A stretch of DNA of 63,950 bases, the filler included, from Octopus bimaculoides (taxonomy: Eukaryota): NCBI RefSeq assembly GCF_001194135.2. It is 6 parts of 6 records of this genome, joined end to end, with 100 filler letters (N's around TTAATTAATTAA, not from the genome) between each part and the next. Parts side by side here need not be neighbours in the genome. Positions count along the whole stretch, not along the records: positions 1 to 11,171 come from NC_068991.1; positions 11,272 to 33,258 come from NC_069002.1; 4 more parts are not named here. One strand, 5' to 3'. A program made the position numbers and the translations under genes. Below, in pieces: positions 1-11,630 of the stretch. The notes under the pieces are model-generated. The model had not been told where the DNA came from. It did not search any database and worked only from the letters and a program-made list of their open reading frames with translations. The first letter of the stretch is position 1. Each line of letters opens with the position of its first letter.

Positions 1-165
1 AGTTCAAATTCCGCCAAGGCCGACTTTGCTTTTCATCCTTTCTGGGTCGATTGAATAATTACCAGTTACGCACTGGTATCGATATAATCGACTTAATCCT
101 TTTGTCTGTCCTTGTTTGTCCCCTCTGTGTGTAGCCCCTTGTGGGCAGTAAAGAAATAAGAAATA
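1..165 (+). mobile_element. tRNA-derived SINE (family M, MESC/Meta-like core), 5' end cut by window edge, tail type B
   Basis: B-box GTTCAAATTCC at 2-12, core GTCGACTTTGCCTTTCATCCTTTCGGGGTCGATAAATTAAGTACCAG-like, tail ttgtctgtccttgtttgtccc...aagaaataagaaa; the same tail is on the minus copy at 6928-7162. Confidence 0.85.
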
Positions 166-194
166 TCTAGCCGGTAAAATTAAGCATTTTGATT

Positions 195-400
195 TCAAAC
201 TTTTGACACAAGGCCAACAATTTCAAGAAAAGTCGATTACATCGACCCACAGTCCTCAACTGGTACTTATTCTATCGACCCCGAAAGGATAAAATGCAAC
301 GATGACTTCGGCGAAATTTGAACTCAGAATGTAGTGACGTACGAAATACCAATAAGCATTTCGCCCGACGTCCTTACGATTCTACCAGCTCGCTGCTTTA
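195..400 (-). mobile_element. Family M SINE, degenerate, tail type C
   Basis: Reverse complement of head (gctggtagaatcgtaagg), B-box (gagttcaaatttcgccg), core and ttggccttgtgtcaaaag tail. Confidence 0.8.
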
Positions 401-909
401 AATTTAGTATTAATATTAATGTTGGTTGATTAGACTAAAATACACTGTAACAGACTATACTTCACTCAATTGTACATTAGATGGGTTACATTTAGTACAA
501 GTTACTGCATTGAAATGATTTGGATCATATGGGAAAGAAAGCGAAATTACTGTATGAGATTATCGAAAATGGAATTGGTTTAGTGTCCTCCGCTTTTAAC
601 GTGTTTAGAAACAATAGAATACCTTATTATACACCAAAACACACATGTAAAGATCAATAGTATTACTATATTTGTATGATATCGGATAATTGACATTACT
701 ACAAAGCGATTTAGATCTGTTTCAAGTCTTTCAAATTGAATATTTTCCCGAATTCTCGAAGCATCACGGATTAACCGTCTGTAGCATAATCAGATTCGAG
801 GAATTTACATTTGCTAGCCGACCATTCCTGAATTAATTCAGAGACAGTTATGGCTTTGTGAATCAAATTTGTCATTCAAAGTCGCCATATAGACTAATGC
901 CTCCAGATG

Positions 910-1045
910 CATACATATACCTACATACATGCATAAATATGTATGTGTGTGTGTGTATAAATATGTGTGCGCATGTATGTATGTATGTGTGTATGTATGT
1001 ATGTACGTGTATATATGTATGTATATATGCATATATACATATATT
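910..1045. repeat. Compound (TACA)/(TGTA)/(TA) microsatellite
   Basis: Direct inspection. Confidence 0.9.
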
Positions 1046-1464
1046 ATTTATATTATTATATGATCGAGCTCCACGCATCCATTTCCAAGTAAGTTTTATC
1101 TTAATAATTACGGTGCTCACTCCTATTCTATCTCAATTCTTTCTATTTATCTCCTTCTCTTGTTCTTCTTTCTTTTTGTTTTTCTCTCCCACCCTTTCCC
1201 TATTCTTCTCCTCTCCCCTTCACCGTTCCCTCTCTCACACACTTTCTCCTTGACTCTCGTTGCTCACACGTGACCAACGGCCATCTCCTAAACATCGCAG
1301 TTTACTTCCTACCTTAAAATCGGAAGGACACAGGTTAATACGGTTCCGAGTGCACTATCTGAATAAAAGACGAGGTGGTCACGATTGAAACGCTTTTCAT
1401 GATAAGTGTGCTTATTCAGAGCTGAGCTGGAGCCAAACTATATCTATGAGCAAAAATGGGAACC

Positions 1465-1815
1465 TATATGTGGTTACACGGCCTACTAGAAATAGCAATT
1501 AAATCTCGCTCAAATTACATGCCACTGTCATTAAGACAAAAGAACATATTAGACAATGTAGTCCTAGATACACTATGTCTAAAAACAAAATGGAATCTCT
1601 CTTTATTTCTTTTACTTGTTTCAGTCATTGGACTGCGGTTATGCTGGAGCACCACCTGAAAAGTGTTCAGTCGAGCAAATCGACCCCAGTGTATCATTTT
1701 TAAGTCTGGTACTCATTCCATCGGAATGACTGCGGCTGGAATGATGTCGTTGCTCATAGTTTTGCTGTATTCAAGCTGGCCTGGGGTTAAACAGCAATAG
1801 TAACAACTACAACAA
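1465..1815 (+). mobile_element. Unclassified ~260-bp interspersed repeat with (CAA)n tail (family D), split by a family C SINE tail at ~1608-1720
   Basis: ctagaaatagcaattaaatctc...gacaatgtagtcctagatacac...gctggcctggggttaaacagcaa matches copies at 1262-1445, 8322-8590, 10318-10560, 45712-45900, 47400-47582 and 52098-52290. Confidence 0.65.
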
Positions 1816-1839
1816 GGACAAACAAAGAACAGTTTTGCT

Positions 1840-2003
1840 GCTTCTCTCTCTCTCTGTCTCACTCTCTCTTCCTCTCTCTATCTCTATCTCTATTTAATCT
1901 ACCTATATATCTATCTCCCTCTCTCTATATATATATATTTCCATCTCTCCCTTTCTTTCTCTCTCTCTCTTGATTTCTTTAATCTATTTCTTTCTATTTC
2001 ACA

Positions 2004-2041
<38 letters not shown>

Positions 2042-2309
2042 CCTCTCTCTCTCCCTCTCTCTCTATCCCTGTTTAATCTACCTATATATCTATCTCTATT
2101 TCGATTTCTACCTCTCTCTCTCTCTCTCTCTCTCTCTCGCTCTCCTCTCCCTAACCCTCTCTCTTCCCTTCTCTCTATGAATCTCGCCATTCTTCTCATC
2201 TTCTTTTATCAATCTTCTACTCGCTTCCTCTCTCTCTCTCTCTCTCCCACTCTCTCCCCTCTCTCTCTCTCCGTCTCTCTCTATATATATTTCTATCTCT
2301 CCCTTTCTC

Positions 2310-2345
<36 letters not shown>

Positions 2346-2535
2346 ATTTTTTTAATCTATTTCTCTCTATTCCATATCTCTCCTTGTTCATTCTATCATT
2401 ATTTCTCTCTTTCTCTCTCTGTCTCTCCCTCTCCCTCTCTCTCTCTCTCTTTCCTTTTCTCTCTCTCTCTCTCTCTTTCTTTCTCTCTCTCTCTCTTTCT
2501 TTCTCTCTCTCTTTCTCTCTCTCTCTTTCACTCCC
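1840..2535. repeat. Long degenerate (CT)n tract with internal duplicated interruptions
   Basis: CT runs; the tctctatatatatattt...cttgattt block occurs near 1921-1990 and again near 2278-2365. Confidence 0.95.
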
Positions 2536-2579
2536 ATTCCAAACCACTTGACATTAATACAATCTGACAGACCATCTCT

Positions 2580-3470
2580 CCATTACTACCACCACTACAA
2601 CCACCATCACTCCTAAAACTGTACCACCACCTCTACCACTACCAATACTCCTAAAACTACCTCCACTACCACCACCTCTACTTCCACCAAAACTCTTAAA
2701 ACTATCCTTCCACCACCACTACCAATACTCCTAAAACTACCTCCACTACCACCACCTCTACTACCACCACCACTACTTCCACCAAAACTCTTAAAACTAT
2801 CCTTCCACCACCACCACCACTACCAATACTCCTAAAACTACCTCCACTACCACCACCTCTACTACCACCACCACTACAACCACCACCACTCCTAAAACTA
2901 CCCTACCACCACCACTACCACTACCAATACTCCTAAAACTACCTCTGCTACCACTACTACCACCACCACTACCACCACGTCTACTACTGCTACAAACTAA
3001 CTTGACGATACCGCTAACAGCAACACCACCCCTCCACTACCAACACACACAATACTACAGCCACAACTCCTGCTACCACTTCTACTGCTACCACTTCTAC
3101 TGCTACCACTTGTACTACTGCCACTACTACTTCCACTTGTACTACTACCGCTTCTACTACCACCACCGCCATCATCACTAATGTGTCATTAACCTTACTA
3201 CAACCGACAGCAACAACAATAAAACAACCTCCAACTAGCACCTAAACCACAACCATCGCCACGACCACAGTCATCAACACAACCACAACCATCACCAACA
3301 CCACCATCACTACCACAACCACAACCACCAGGACAATTACCACCACTACCATAATCACCTCAACCACAACTACTACGACCCCAACCACCACCACCACAAC
3401 AACCACCACCACCACCACAACAACAACCACCACAACCACCACCACCACCACCACTGCAATCTCTACGTTC
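2580..3470. repeat. (ACC/ACT/ACA)n degenerate trinucleotide tract; the 5' half is a minisatellite with recurring actc(c/t)taaaact
   Basis: About 8 copies of the actc(c/t)taaaact motif between 2608 and 2941, followed by a pure ACN tract. Confidence 0.9.
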
Positions 3471-3559
3471 CTGATTTTTCCATTCATCACCGTTAATCTT
3501 CAAACCGAGTTTCTGTTAATCGTTGTTTCTCGGTTCTGTCTCCATTCAAGAATAAGGAC

Positions 3560-3582
3560 ACGTTGTTGTTGTTGTTGTTGTT

Positions 3583-3613
<31 letters not shown>

Positions 3614-3878
3614 TTCTTCTTCTTCTTACTGTTGTTGTTGTTGTTGTTGTATCTATTGTCGTTATTGTTGTTATTACTCTTATCGTTTTTTTATTTTTCA
3701 CCTTCCTCCCTATTTCTTCCATTTTGCTTCTTCTTCTCTTCCTCCTCCTCCTCCTCCTTCTCCTTCTCCTCCTCCTCCTCTCTCTCCTCTTTCTTCTCCC
3801 CCTCCCCCCTTTCATTTCCCCTTCATTGTCATCTTCACCTTCTCACATTGCCTTCTCTTTCGTGTTTTCTGATCGTTG

Positions 3879-3916
<38 letters not shown>

Positions 3917-3960
3917 TATCATCATCATCATCATCATCATCGTCATTATCGTTATTAGTA
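3560..3960. repeat. Mosaic trinucleotide tract (GTT, GCT, CTT, CCT, ATT, ATC)
   Basis: Direct inspection. Confidence 0.9.
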
Positions 3961-4282
3961 TTATTATTCCCCATTCTACATCTGTTTCGTTATCATTCCT
4001 TTCTTTCTATTGTTTCTTTCTTTTTCTTTTCTTTCCCCTTTTTTTCTTTCATTTATTTAATATATATCTGCTACTCTGTTCTGTCTTGTTTTGTTTTTCT
4101 TTTCTTTCGTTTTTGTCTTTACTTCTTCGCTTTTTCCATGTTTCCAACTTCGTGAATGAAGTATTATCGATTCCAGCATGGGAACGTGACAAGCAATCCT
4201 AATCAAAACGGGATATCTCCCGGCAGCAATATTTGTTCGCTGCTCACTGAAGCGTGATCTCGTCAGAGTCTAGTGGTGGATA

Positions 4283-4283
4283 C

Positions 4284-4342
<59 letters not shown>
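4283..4342. repeat. (GATA)n microsatellite
   Basis: Direct inspection. Confidence 0.95.
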
Positions 4343-4343
<1 letters not shown>

Positions 4344-4654
4344 AGAAGAGCGTGATGGGATCACGAGACTGGCAAGAGACAGATGGATACATTGACAGAA
4401 AGGAAAAAGAAAGGAAAGAAAGAAGTAAAAGAAGGGAAAGAAAGAGGTTGGACGAGATGAGATGAGATGAGAAATAGAAAGCCGCCCCAGGGGAGCAAAT
4501 TACAGTTCTCTTCATTGTGGAATGGCGAAGTGAAATAAGTTAAGAAGTGGGGTCTGGGAAGGGATGGGATAGAGGGGAAAGTAAAGACAGTATGAAGAGA
4601 AGGGTGGGGAGGGGGAGAGAAATGGAGAGAGAGGGAGAGTATGGAAAGAGCTGG

Positions 4655-4707
4655 GAAGAAGAAGAAGAAGAAGAAGAAGAAGAAGAAGAAGAAGAAGAAG
4701 AAGAAGA
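4655..4707. repeat. (GAA)n microsatellite
   Basis: Direct inspection. Confidence 0.95.
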
Positions 4708-5869
4708 GAAAAAAATTAAACAAAAATTGATTATATGGGCTGGAAGTTGTCAAGGAAATGATGAAGATTAACGGTTTGCGCATGTCCAGGTCACAAACAC
4801 GTGATAAAATAAAGAGCGGGCGGACGAGAGTTGGAGGGGGGAGTTGAGAAAGACTGAAAGACACATAGACAGACAGATAGACGGAAGTAAAGCAAGAAAG
4901 AAGTGAAGACGGTGGGAAAGAAATGGAAAAACAAAGGAAAGAACGATAAGGAGAAAAGAAGCAAGGAAAACAGAAAAAAAAACATAATAAATACAATGAT
5001 AAAGAACATATAAAATAAACAAAAGGAATATGTGAAAGGAAAAAAAGTTAAAGAGAAAGTTGTTTGGTTGGTTAGGGTTGGTGGTAAGGTTGGGTGATGT
5101 TGCGGTACAAAGTTGGGTTAAGTTGGTGGCGAGAGAGTGAATAAAAATGTCTGGCGCCTGGATCGCTGAAACGAAAGGCAACCACTCGAAAGATAGATGA
5201 AAATGTTCCCTTGACACTGTCAGCATGGATCAAGAAAAGACAATATAAGCGGCTGTAGCAAACAAACGCCAGAATTGTTTGAGGAAACCATTTTAAAATC
5301 GTGATGCCGGGTAGAAACGTAAGGATAATAAAGTAAAATGAAATAAAGATAAAGAAAATAGATAAAACAAAATGAGAGAAAAAAAAGAAAAAAAACACGA
5401 CTAAGATGTCAAAAAGACAGTAGAAAAGATTATGTGTGTTAAAAAGCGTCTAAGTTTATCATTTGAATGTCGTGAATATGGTTAGTCATTTGAAATAGTA
5501 GTCATGCATCAGTTGTTTTAATGTTGTCGTCTGCCAAAGAAGACGGTCGTCTGCTTGCGAAGAAAACGGACAAACAAGAGGAAATAATAACAAGAAAAAT
5601 ATTCAAGGAAATAATCAAACAAACAAGCGAAATGAATGAACGAACGAACGAACAAACAAGCGAATGAACGATGAAATATGCTGAAAACAAATGAAGACCG
5701 AAAATATATATGATCCACACATTTAGAAGGAAATGTATTGATAAAGTTAGTCACTTTTCTTTCCTTTTATTATTTTGTTTATTTGTATTTTCATTTGGGA
5801 ATCGAAACCATTTCAGTGATTATACTTTGAAAACCAGCTGTGTAAATATGAACGACGGGCAACTTTATC

Positions 5870-6305
5870 TGTGAGGCATGGAATTCGCATAGGTTACAAC
5901 GATAAGTATGCTAGCTTTCGAATAAATGAGACTGCCTACTTATTAGATTATAGTGGCTGAGTACTCCATAGATACTTATGCCATTAACGTAATTAATGAT
6001 AACGATAGCAGTCTCTCGTAATCCGAGAAAGGCAGTTCTACATTGTTTTATTGAACGACCTCACTAAATGCTTTGTTTATGGTGATCAAATGTTCGTGTT
6101 GTACTTTAGCTCACTCACTCCACCAAATCGACATTACCTGAACAGGTGCACGGTGTACCACACGTCAGTTGTCGAAATGATCGCTAAGCAACATGAGATG
6201 AAATGTTTTGTTCAAGAACATAATGCACGATCCAGTCCAGGAATTGAAACCACGATCTCGCGATCGTGGGTGTGACGCTCTAACCACTAAGCCATGCACC
6301 TTCAC
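5870..6305 (-). mobile_element. Old tRNA-derived CORE-type SINE; its 3' part is shared with family R
   Basis: Minus strand: A-box tggcttagtgg, B-box ggtttcaattcc, CORE-like tgttcttgaacaaaaca; 3' part ttacgttaatggcataagtatctatggagtactcagccact matches family R ctacgttaagggtacacgtgtctgtggagtgctcagccact. Confidence 0.65.
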
Positions 6306-6526
6306 AACGTAATTAATACTCAGATGGAATCAGCATGGCTCTTCTGTGACATTCTTGAGTTTTTGAAATTCAAAGATATAATTTGCCCCTTGTATTTTAG
6401 GGAGACAGAGTCCTTAAAATTTACTAGCATTTACGTCATTTTCAGAAGGTACTTGCTCAAGCTAGGACTGAACCCAAAGCCACATAGTTACAAAGCAAGC
6501 ATCTTAACTACACAGTCATGTATCTA

Positions 6527-6742
6527 AGGCGGAGGGCTGGCAGAAACGTTAGCGCACCGGGCCAAAAGCTTAGTGGTATTTCGTCTGTCTTCACGTTCTG
6601 AGTTCAAATTCCGCCGATGTCGACTTTGCCTTTCATCCTTTCGGGGTCGGTAAATTAAGTACCAGTTGCGTACTGAGGTCGATCTAATCAACTGGCTCCC
6701 TCCCCCAAAATTTCGGGCCTTGTGCCTAGTGTAGAAAAGAAT
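6527..6742 (+). mobile_element. Family M SINE, near full length, tail type A
   Basis: aaggcggagggctggcagaaacgttagc head, gagttcaaattccgcc B-box, core, tail cccaaaatttcgggccttgtgcctagtgtagaaaagaat. Confidence 0.9.
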
Positions 6743-6834
6743 GTCTTCCTCCTTTTTTAACACTTTTAATATCAACCACTTGAAACTGCTTGTTCTGAAG
6801 TGTTCTTGTTGTGGATGCAAATGTGGCTGAGGGG

Positions 6835-7162
6835 ATGAAAGGCAAAGTCGACCGCGGCGGAATTTGAACTCAGAACATAAAGACAGACGAAATATCGCTA
6901 AGCATTTCACCTGGCGTGCTACCGTTTCTTATTTTTTATTGCCCACAAAGGGCTAAACACAGAGGGGACAAACTAGGACAGACAAAGGGATTAAGTCGAT
7001 TACATCGACCCCAGTGTGTAACTGGTACTTAATTTATCGACCCCGAATGGATGAAAGGCAAAGTCCGACCGCGGCGGAATTTGAACTCAGAACGTAACGG
7101 CAGACGAAATACCGCCAAGCGTTTCGCCCGGCGTGCTAACGTTTCCGCCAGCTCACCGCCTT
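6835..7162 (-). mobile_element. Two adjacent minus-strand family M SINEs (partial 6835-6927; full with tail B 6928-7162)
   Basis: Two copies of gatgaaaggcaaagtc(c)gaccgcggcggaatttgaactcagaac. Confidence 0.85.
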
Positions 7163-7915
7163 ATAAACAACACAAATAATACCGTAAGACTCCGCTTTGT
7201 CAACAGCAACATAATACTCCCCTGTAAACATTTCAAAAATCTAATAGATTGGTTTACTGTGATGAGAAGATTTCTGTTGATCAAATTTACTTGTTTTCGT
7301 GAAAGTTTTCGGAGTGTAAATCCTGTTTGTCAAAAAGCTGACAATTGCACAGAAAGGCTTGTTTTATTTTCACGGTTCGTTGACCAAGCTCTGTTTTCGT
7401 CACTTACGAAGTAATTTTTGTATCAGTTTGTATGAATATGCTTTGGTCCTTAAATTATATATAAAAAAAAAAACGTTTTATTTTTTCTTTCTTTATTTTT
7501 GTTCTTTTACGATTCGTTGGTCATTCGCTCTGTTTATTGTATTTTTTTAATGCTTGAGTGGTTTTCAGAGGATAATTTCATTGTATGTATGTATGTAAGT
7601 ATTATGTATGTATGCATTTATGTATGTAAGTAGGTACGTATGTGTGCGAATATATATACATACGTATATATGTATGTGTGTGAGTATGCACGCGAGTGAA
7701 CGTATATGTATGTATGTAGGGATATATATAGTTGTGTATGTATGTATGTATGTATGTATGTATGTATTTGCATCTCTGAAATGCCGAAGAAAGCGAAAGT
7801 GCTTACACACAAAATTCTTCCATCAGGTCTGCGTTAATCTGTTTCCGTCGAATATTGATTTTTTTCTACATACTATTTAATTTAAAATATAGATAGATGG
7901 ATGGATGGGTGAATG

Positions 7916-7959
<44 letters not shown>

Positions 7960-7963
<4 letters not shown>

Positions 7964-8075
7964 TAGCAGTGACCATCTTTTCTTTTCTAATCTATTCTTT
8001 CTGTAGAAGAGCGTACGCTCGAAACCTAAAAGACTTTTCCTTCTAATTTCCCCAAGCGTAAACCTAATACACTCC
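7960..8075 (+). mobile_element. Penelope-like pseudo-LTR fragment with hammerhead-like motif (family H2)
   Basis: gaagagcgtacgctcgaaacctaaaagacttt...caagcgtaaacctaatacactcc is homologous to 61050-61140. Confidence 0.55.
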
Positions 8076-8321
8076 ATTTATTTCTTTTACCTCATCTTCA
8101 TACTGTTCATAATTCCCATCATGAGTGTGTGTGTGTGTCTGTATTTGCGTGCGTGCGCGCGCGCGTGTGTGTATGTATATAAGGAGAGGAAAAAAGATAG
8201 AGAGGTAGGAAGTTCCATCTCTTACATACAAATAACATACAAATTCTTTTGGTTAATATCAGTTAAATCTTTATAAAGTAGAATATTCCCATTTTAAAAA
8301 AATATCAGATCAGTGAGGGAG

Positions 8322-8590
8322 ATTCCGTGGTCACTCGATTAGCTAGAATTAGCAACTAATTATCCTTCAAACCGTGTTCTGTCATCTTTTTTTTTTTTTT
8401 TTTTACAAATAAAAAGATAAAGGGCACATCATATAAGGCAGTTCTGGATATGCCATGCTTTAAAAAAAATTCAGTATATGGGCAAGACTGGAACATTTTT
8501 GTCATAGATGTAATCGGTTAGGATTGATAAGGGAGACGATGACAAACCAATAACACCAGCAACAACAATACAGTAACATCAACAGCAACA
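8322..8590 (+). mobile_element. Family D repeat, degenerate
   Basis: gtggtcactcgattagctagaattagcaac start, CAA-rich tail. Confidence 0.55.
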
Positions 8591-8938
8591 TTAACTACCA
8601 TATTGCAGTGTAATTAACGAGTATTACATTAGCCAGATTAGATAGTGTCAAGCTAAGTGACTCCCATGGGTACGGCTTGAAGAGAGATTGACTTTTTGCT
8701 TAGATTATAAATTACACATCGTGAAGCTGCGGTACGCAGTAATATAGCAATACATCTTTATCTAGACATCTAAATGATTTGACGTTGATCACATGCTAAC
8801 ACATTGCTGCCCGAGTTTTTAATTGGTTTGTCGCCAAGCTGTTTCTAAATTGTTGGTCAACCAGCCTATCAGGACGCGGTGCCACACTAACGCAATAGTT
8901 CTTTTGATTGATCTTTATTTAATATTTAATTACAAAGA

Positions 8939-9840
8939 TGGCGTCGAGCTAGTAGGATCGTAGAATTTCTACAGCGCCGGAGAAAGTGTTTTACCGCATT
9001 TCTTCCGGCTCTTTACGATCTGAGTTCAAATGCTGCCGAGGTCGACTTCCTTTCATTCTTTCGGGTTCGATAAAATAAGTACCAGTTACGCACTGGGGTC
9101 GATATAATCGACTTAATCTCCTCCCCCCGAAATTGCTGACATTGTGCTGAAATTTGAAGCCAATATTTAATTACAAAGATAGCGACGAGCTGGTAAAATT
9201 GTAGAATCGTTACAGTACCGGACAGAGTGCTTTATCACGTTTCTTCCGGCTCTTTACGTTCTGATTTCAAATGCCGTCGAGGTTGACTTTGGCTCTGATC
9301 CTTTCGACGTTGATAAAATGACTGTCAGCCAAGTACTGCGGTCGATGTAATCGACTTCCCCCTCCCCTCAAAACTGTTGCCCCTGTGCCCACATTAAAAA
9401 AATATATTTAATTACCATGGAATGAGTGGTGGATGGACTGGCAAATAGACAGTTGAGCAAAAGGGCCTGCGATTATTTATTTACGGCCCCTTACGTTCTG
9501 AGATCAAACACGCGCCAAGGTCAACGCTGATTTACATTTTTTCCAGGGTTGATAAAATAATTGACTATACCTCTTCCTCGAACAAGTATCCTTATGCCAC
9601 AGATAAAAATTAATATTATATGCATGGGTAAAGTGGGGAGAGTTGGCAGAATCGTTAGCACACCAGACAAAATGCTTTATCGGCATCTACACGTTCTAAG
9701 TTCAAATTCCGCCGAGATCAACTTTGCCTTTTATCCTTCAGGGGTTCATAAAGTAAGTACTAGTTGAGTACTGGGCTCGATGTAACCAACTTAACCCCTT
9801 CTCCGAAACCGCTGGTCTTGTGTCAAGATTTGAAACCAGA
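8939..9840 (+). mobile_element. Head-to-tail array of four family M SINEs
   Basis: B-box/core repeated near 9025, 9265, 9515 (degenerate) and 9700. Confidence 0.85.
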
Positions 9841-10317
9841 ATTTGATTATAATAACGGTAAAATCTGGAGACTTTGACGATCATTGGTGATCGCCATGAT
9901 GATGTTTAGGAGAATATAACTACGGCAATTGAAAGCCGTGTAAGCCGTATAGCCATGCTAACCACTACACCAAGGTGACATGGTAACTCTGACCATCCAA
10001 ATTAGAAGATTTTCGCTTAGCATGTTAGGATTACATATACCAGCAGCCTATCGACAGGGAATTCACTTCACACACAATATTAAAGGAGAAACTATTAGTT
10101 GCGGTGGGGATCACTACTTGGTACACGTAGCTTTTGTTCTGTGTGTGCAAGTGAATGTCCTTCGTTTTCCAGTATCTCCCTTTCTATTTTTTATTGGTTC
10201 TGCTCACAGTCGTATTTACTTACAGTTGCGTCTATTTATCCATGCTTCCTATCTTTCTTTTTTCTGGTGGTGGCAGCTGCGGCAATGACGGCAGTAGTGG
10301 TAAAAGTACTTCTGTTC

Positions 10318-10560
10318 TGTTGTTATTATTTTTTAGCCCCCAGACCAATCTATATTGAGCAGAACTATGATCTATGATCAAAAGCGTTCCAGTTATGATC
10401 AACCTCTTTGTTTTTTTTTTTTTGTCCTTTCCTTGTTTTCAGACATAATTTATCCAGAGTACATTATCAAATGCGTCCGACTTCCTTCTTGTTTCTTTTT
10501 CTTTTTTAAGACAGTAAAGTATGTGTTTATTTAAATGAGATTTAACTATTATTTCGAGCA
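10318..10560 (-). mobile_element. Family D repeat
   Basis: ttagcccccagaccaatc...tatgatcaaaagcgttccagttatgatc...tccagagtacattatcaaatg. Confidence 0.55.
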
Positions 10561-11171
10561 TGTTCATCGCCCGAACAAACTTGAAATGGATTCTTTTTAA
10601 GACCAAACTCATTGTGTTCTTCCTATAGATTTTTTAAAAAAACCTAGAAAAACATCGAAATTATCATTGAATTCTAAAGAATCTGAACGGCTTCATAGGT
10701 TTGCTACGAATAGCAACATTAGTTCGTATTTCTTTAAAAAAAAATTACAGAAAATATCTTTAATGTGTATTTCTCTAAGGATATCATCACCGACACTGAT
10801 GTAGATAACCAAATCAGAGCCCTTGGTAATATACGTAAAAATTATTATATTATCAAGTATAACAAGATGCATCGAATGCGGAAGGGTGTTTTCATTGGTG
10901 TGTTTAGAAAATAGCAAGCTACACGTCACATTTTCACATACACACATATACACCTTTATTCCCTATAACTTATATATAATGATAAAAAAAAAGAGGTTTT
11001 CTATAATCCGATATTTTATTTTACTCTCTATTTTTTTCTTCGTGTGAGGGTGGTGACAGTCTCCCCAAAGAACAATATGGCTGACACCCTCTCTAATCGG
11101 CGCGGTGTATATACCGACAGACATTGTTGTAGAATTACTACAGATATCAACCGTCAAATATATAGTTCCTG

Positions 11172-11271
11172 NNNNNNNNNNNNNNNNNNNNNNNNNNNNN
11201 NNNNNNNNNNNNNNNTTAATTAATTAANNNNNNNNNNNNNNNNNNNNNNNNNNNNNNNNNNNNNNNNNNNN
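11172..11271. other. Artificial 100-bp contig-join spacer (44N-TTAATTAATTAA-44N)
   Basis: Identical construct at 33259-33358, 42083-42182, 61198-61297 and 62843-62942. Confidence 0.98.
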
Positions 11272-11402
11272 TATTACGTATCAAAAGTGAAACAAAAACA
11301 CTCATGTCATTCGAACCGGAATCTCAAAAACATTGTCCCCTTACATCTCATTCTCATTTAAGTACCACGACAGGCAAATAAAAATTACTTGTTATTATTA
11401 GT

Positions 11403-11630
11403 AAGGCGGCGAAAGGTGGTGAGCTGGCAGCAACGTTAGCAAGCTGGGCAAAATGCATAGCGATATTTCGCCTGTCGTTACGTTCTGAGTTCAAATTCTG
11501 CCGAGGTCGACTTTGCCTTTCATCCTTTCTTGTTCGACAAATTAAGTGCCAGTGAAAAACTGAGGTCGATGTAATCGACTGGTCCCCTCCCTCAAAATTT
11601 CAGGCCTTGTGTCTATAGTAGAAAGGATTA
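11403..11630 (+). mobile_element. Family M SINE
   Basis: aaggcggcg...gagctggcagcaacgttagc, gagttcaaattctgccgaggtcgactttgcc, tail caggccttgtgtctatagtagaaaggatt. Confidence 0.85.

Noticed and set aside
2580-3600. Thr-rich mucin-like reading frame on the plus strand (poly-Val ORFs on the minus strand)
   Set aside because: The frame shifts within the minisatellite, there is an in-frame TAA at 3243-3245, and no start or splice context; degenerate ACC/ACT tracts explain it.
4150-5600. CpG-containing islands between microsatellites with acceptor-like sites (e.g. minus strand near 5550 and 5165)
   Set aside because: All frames close within about 35 codons and no peptide is recognisable; insufficient evidence for exons.
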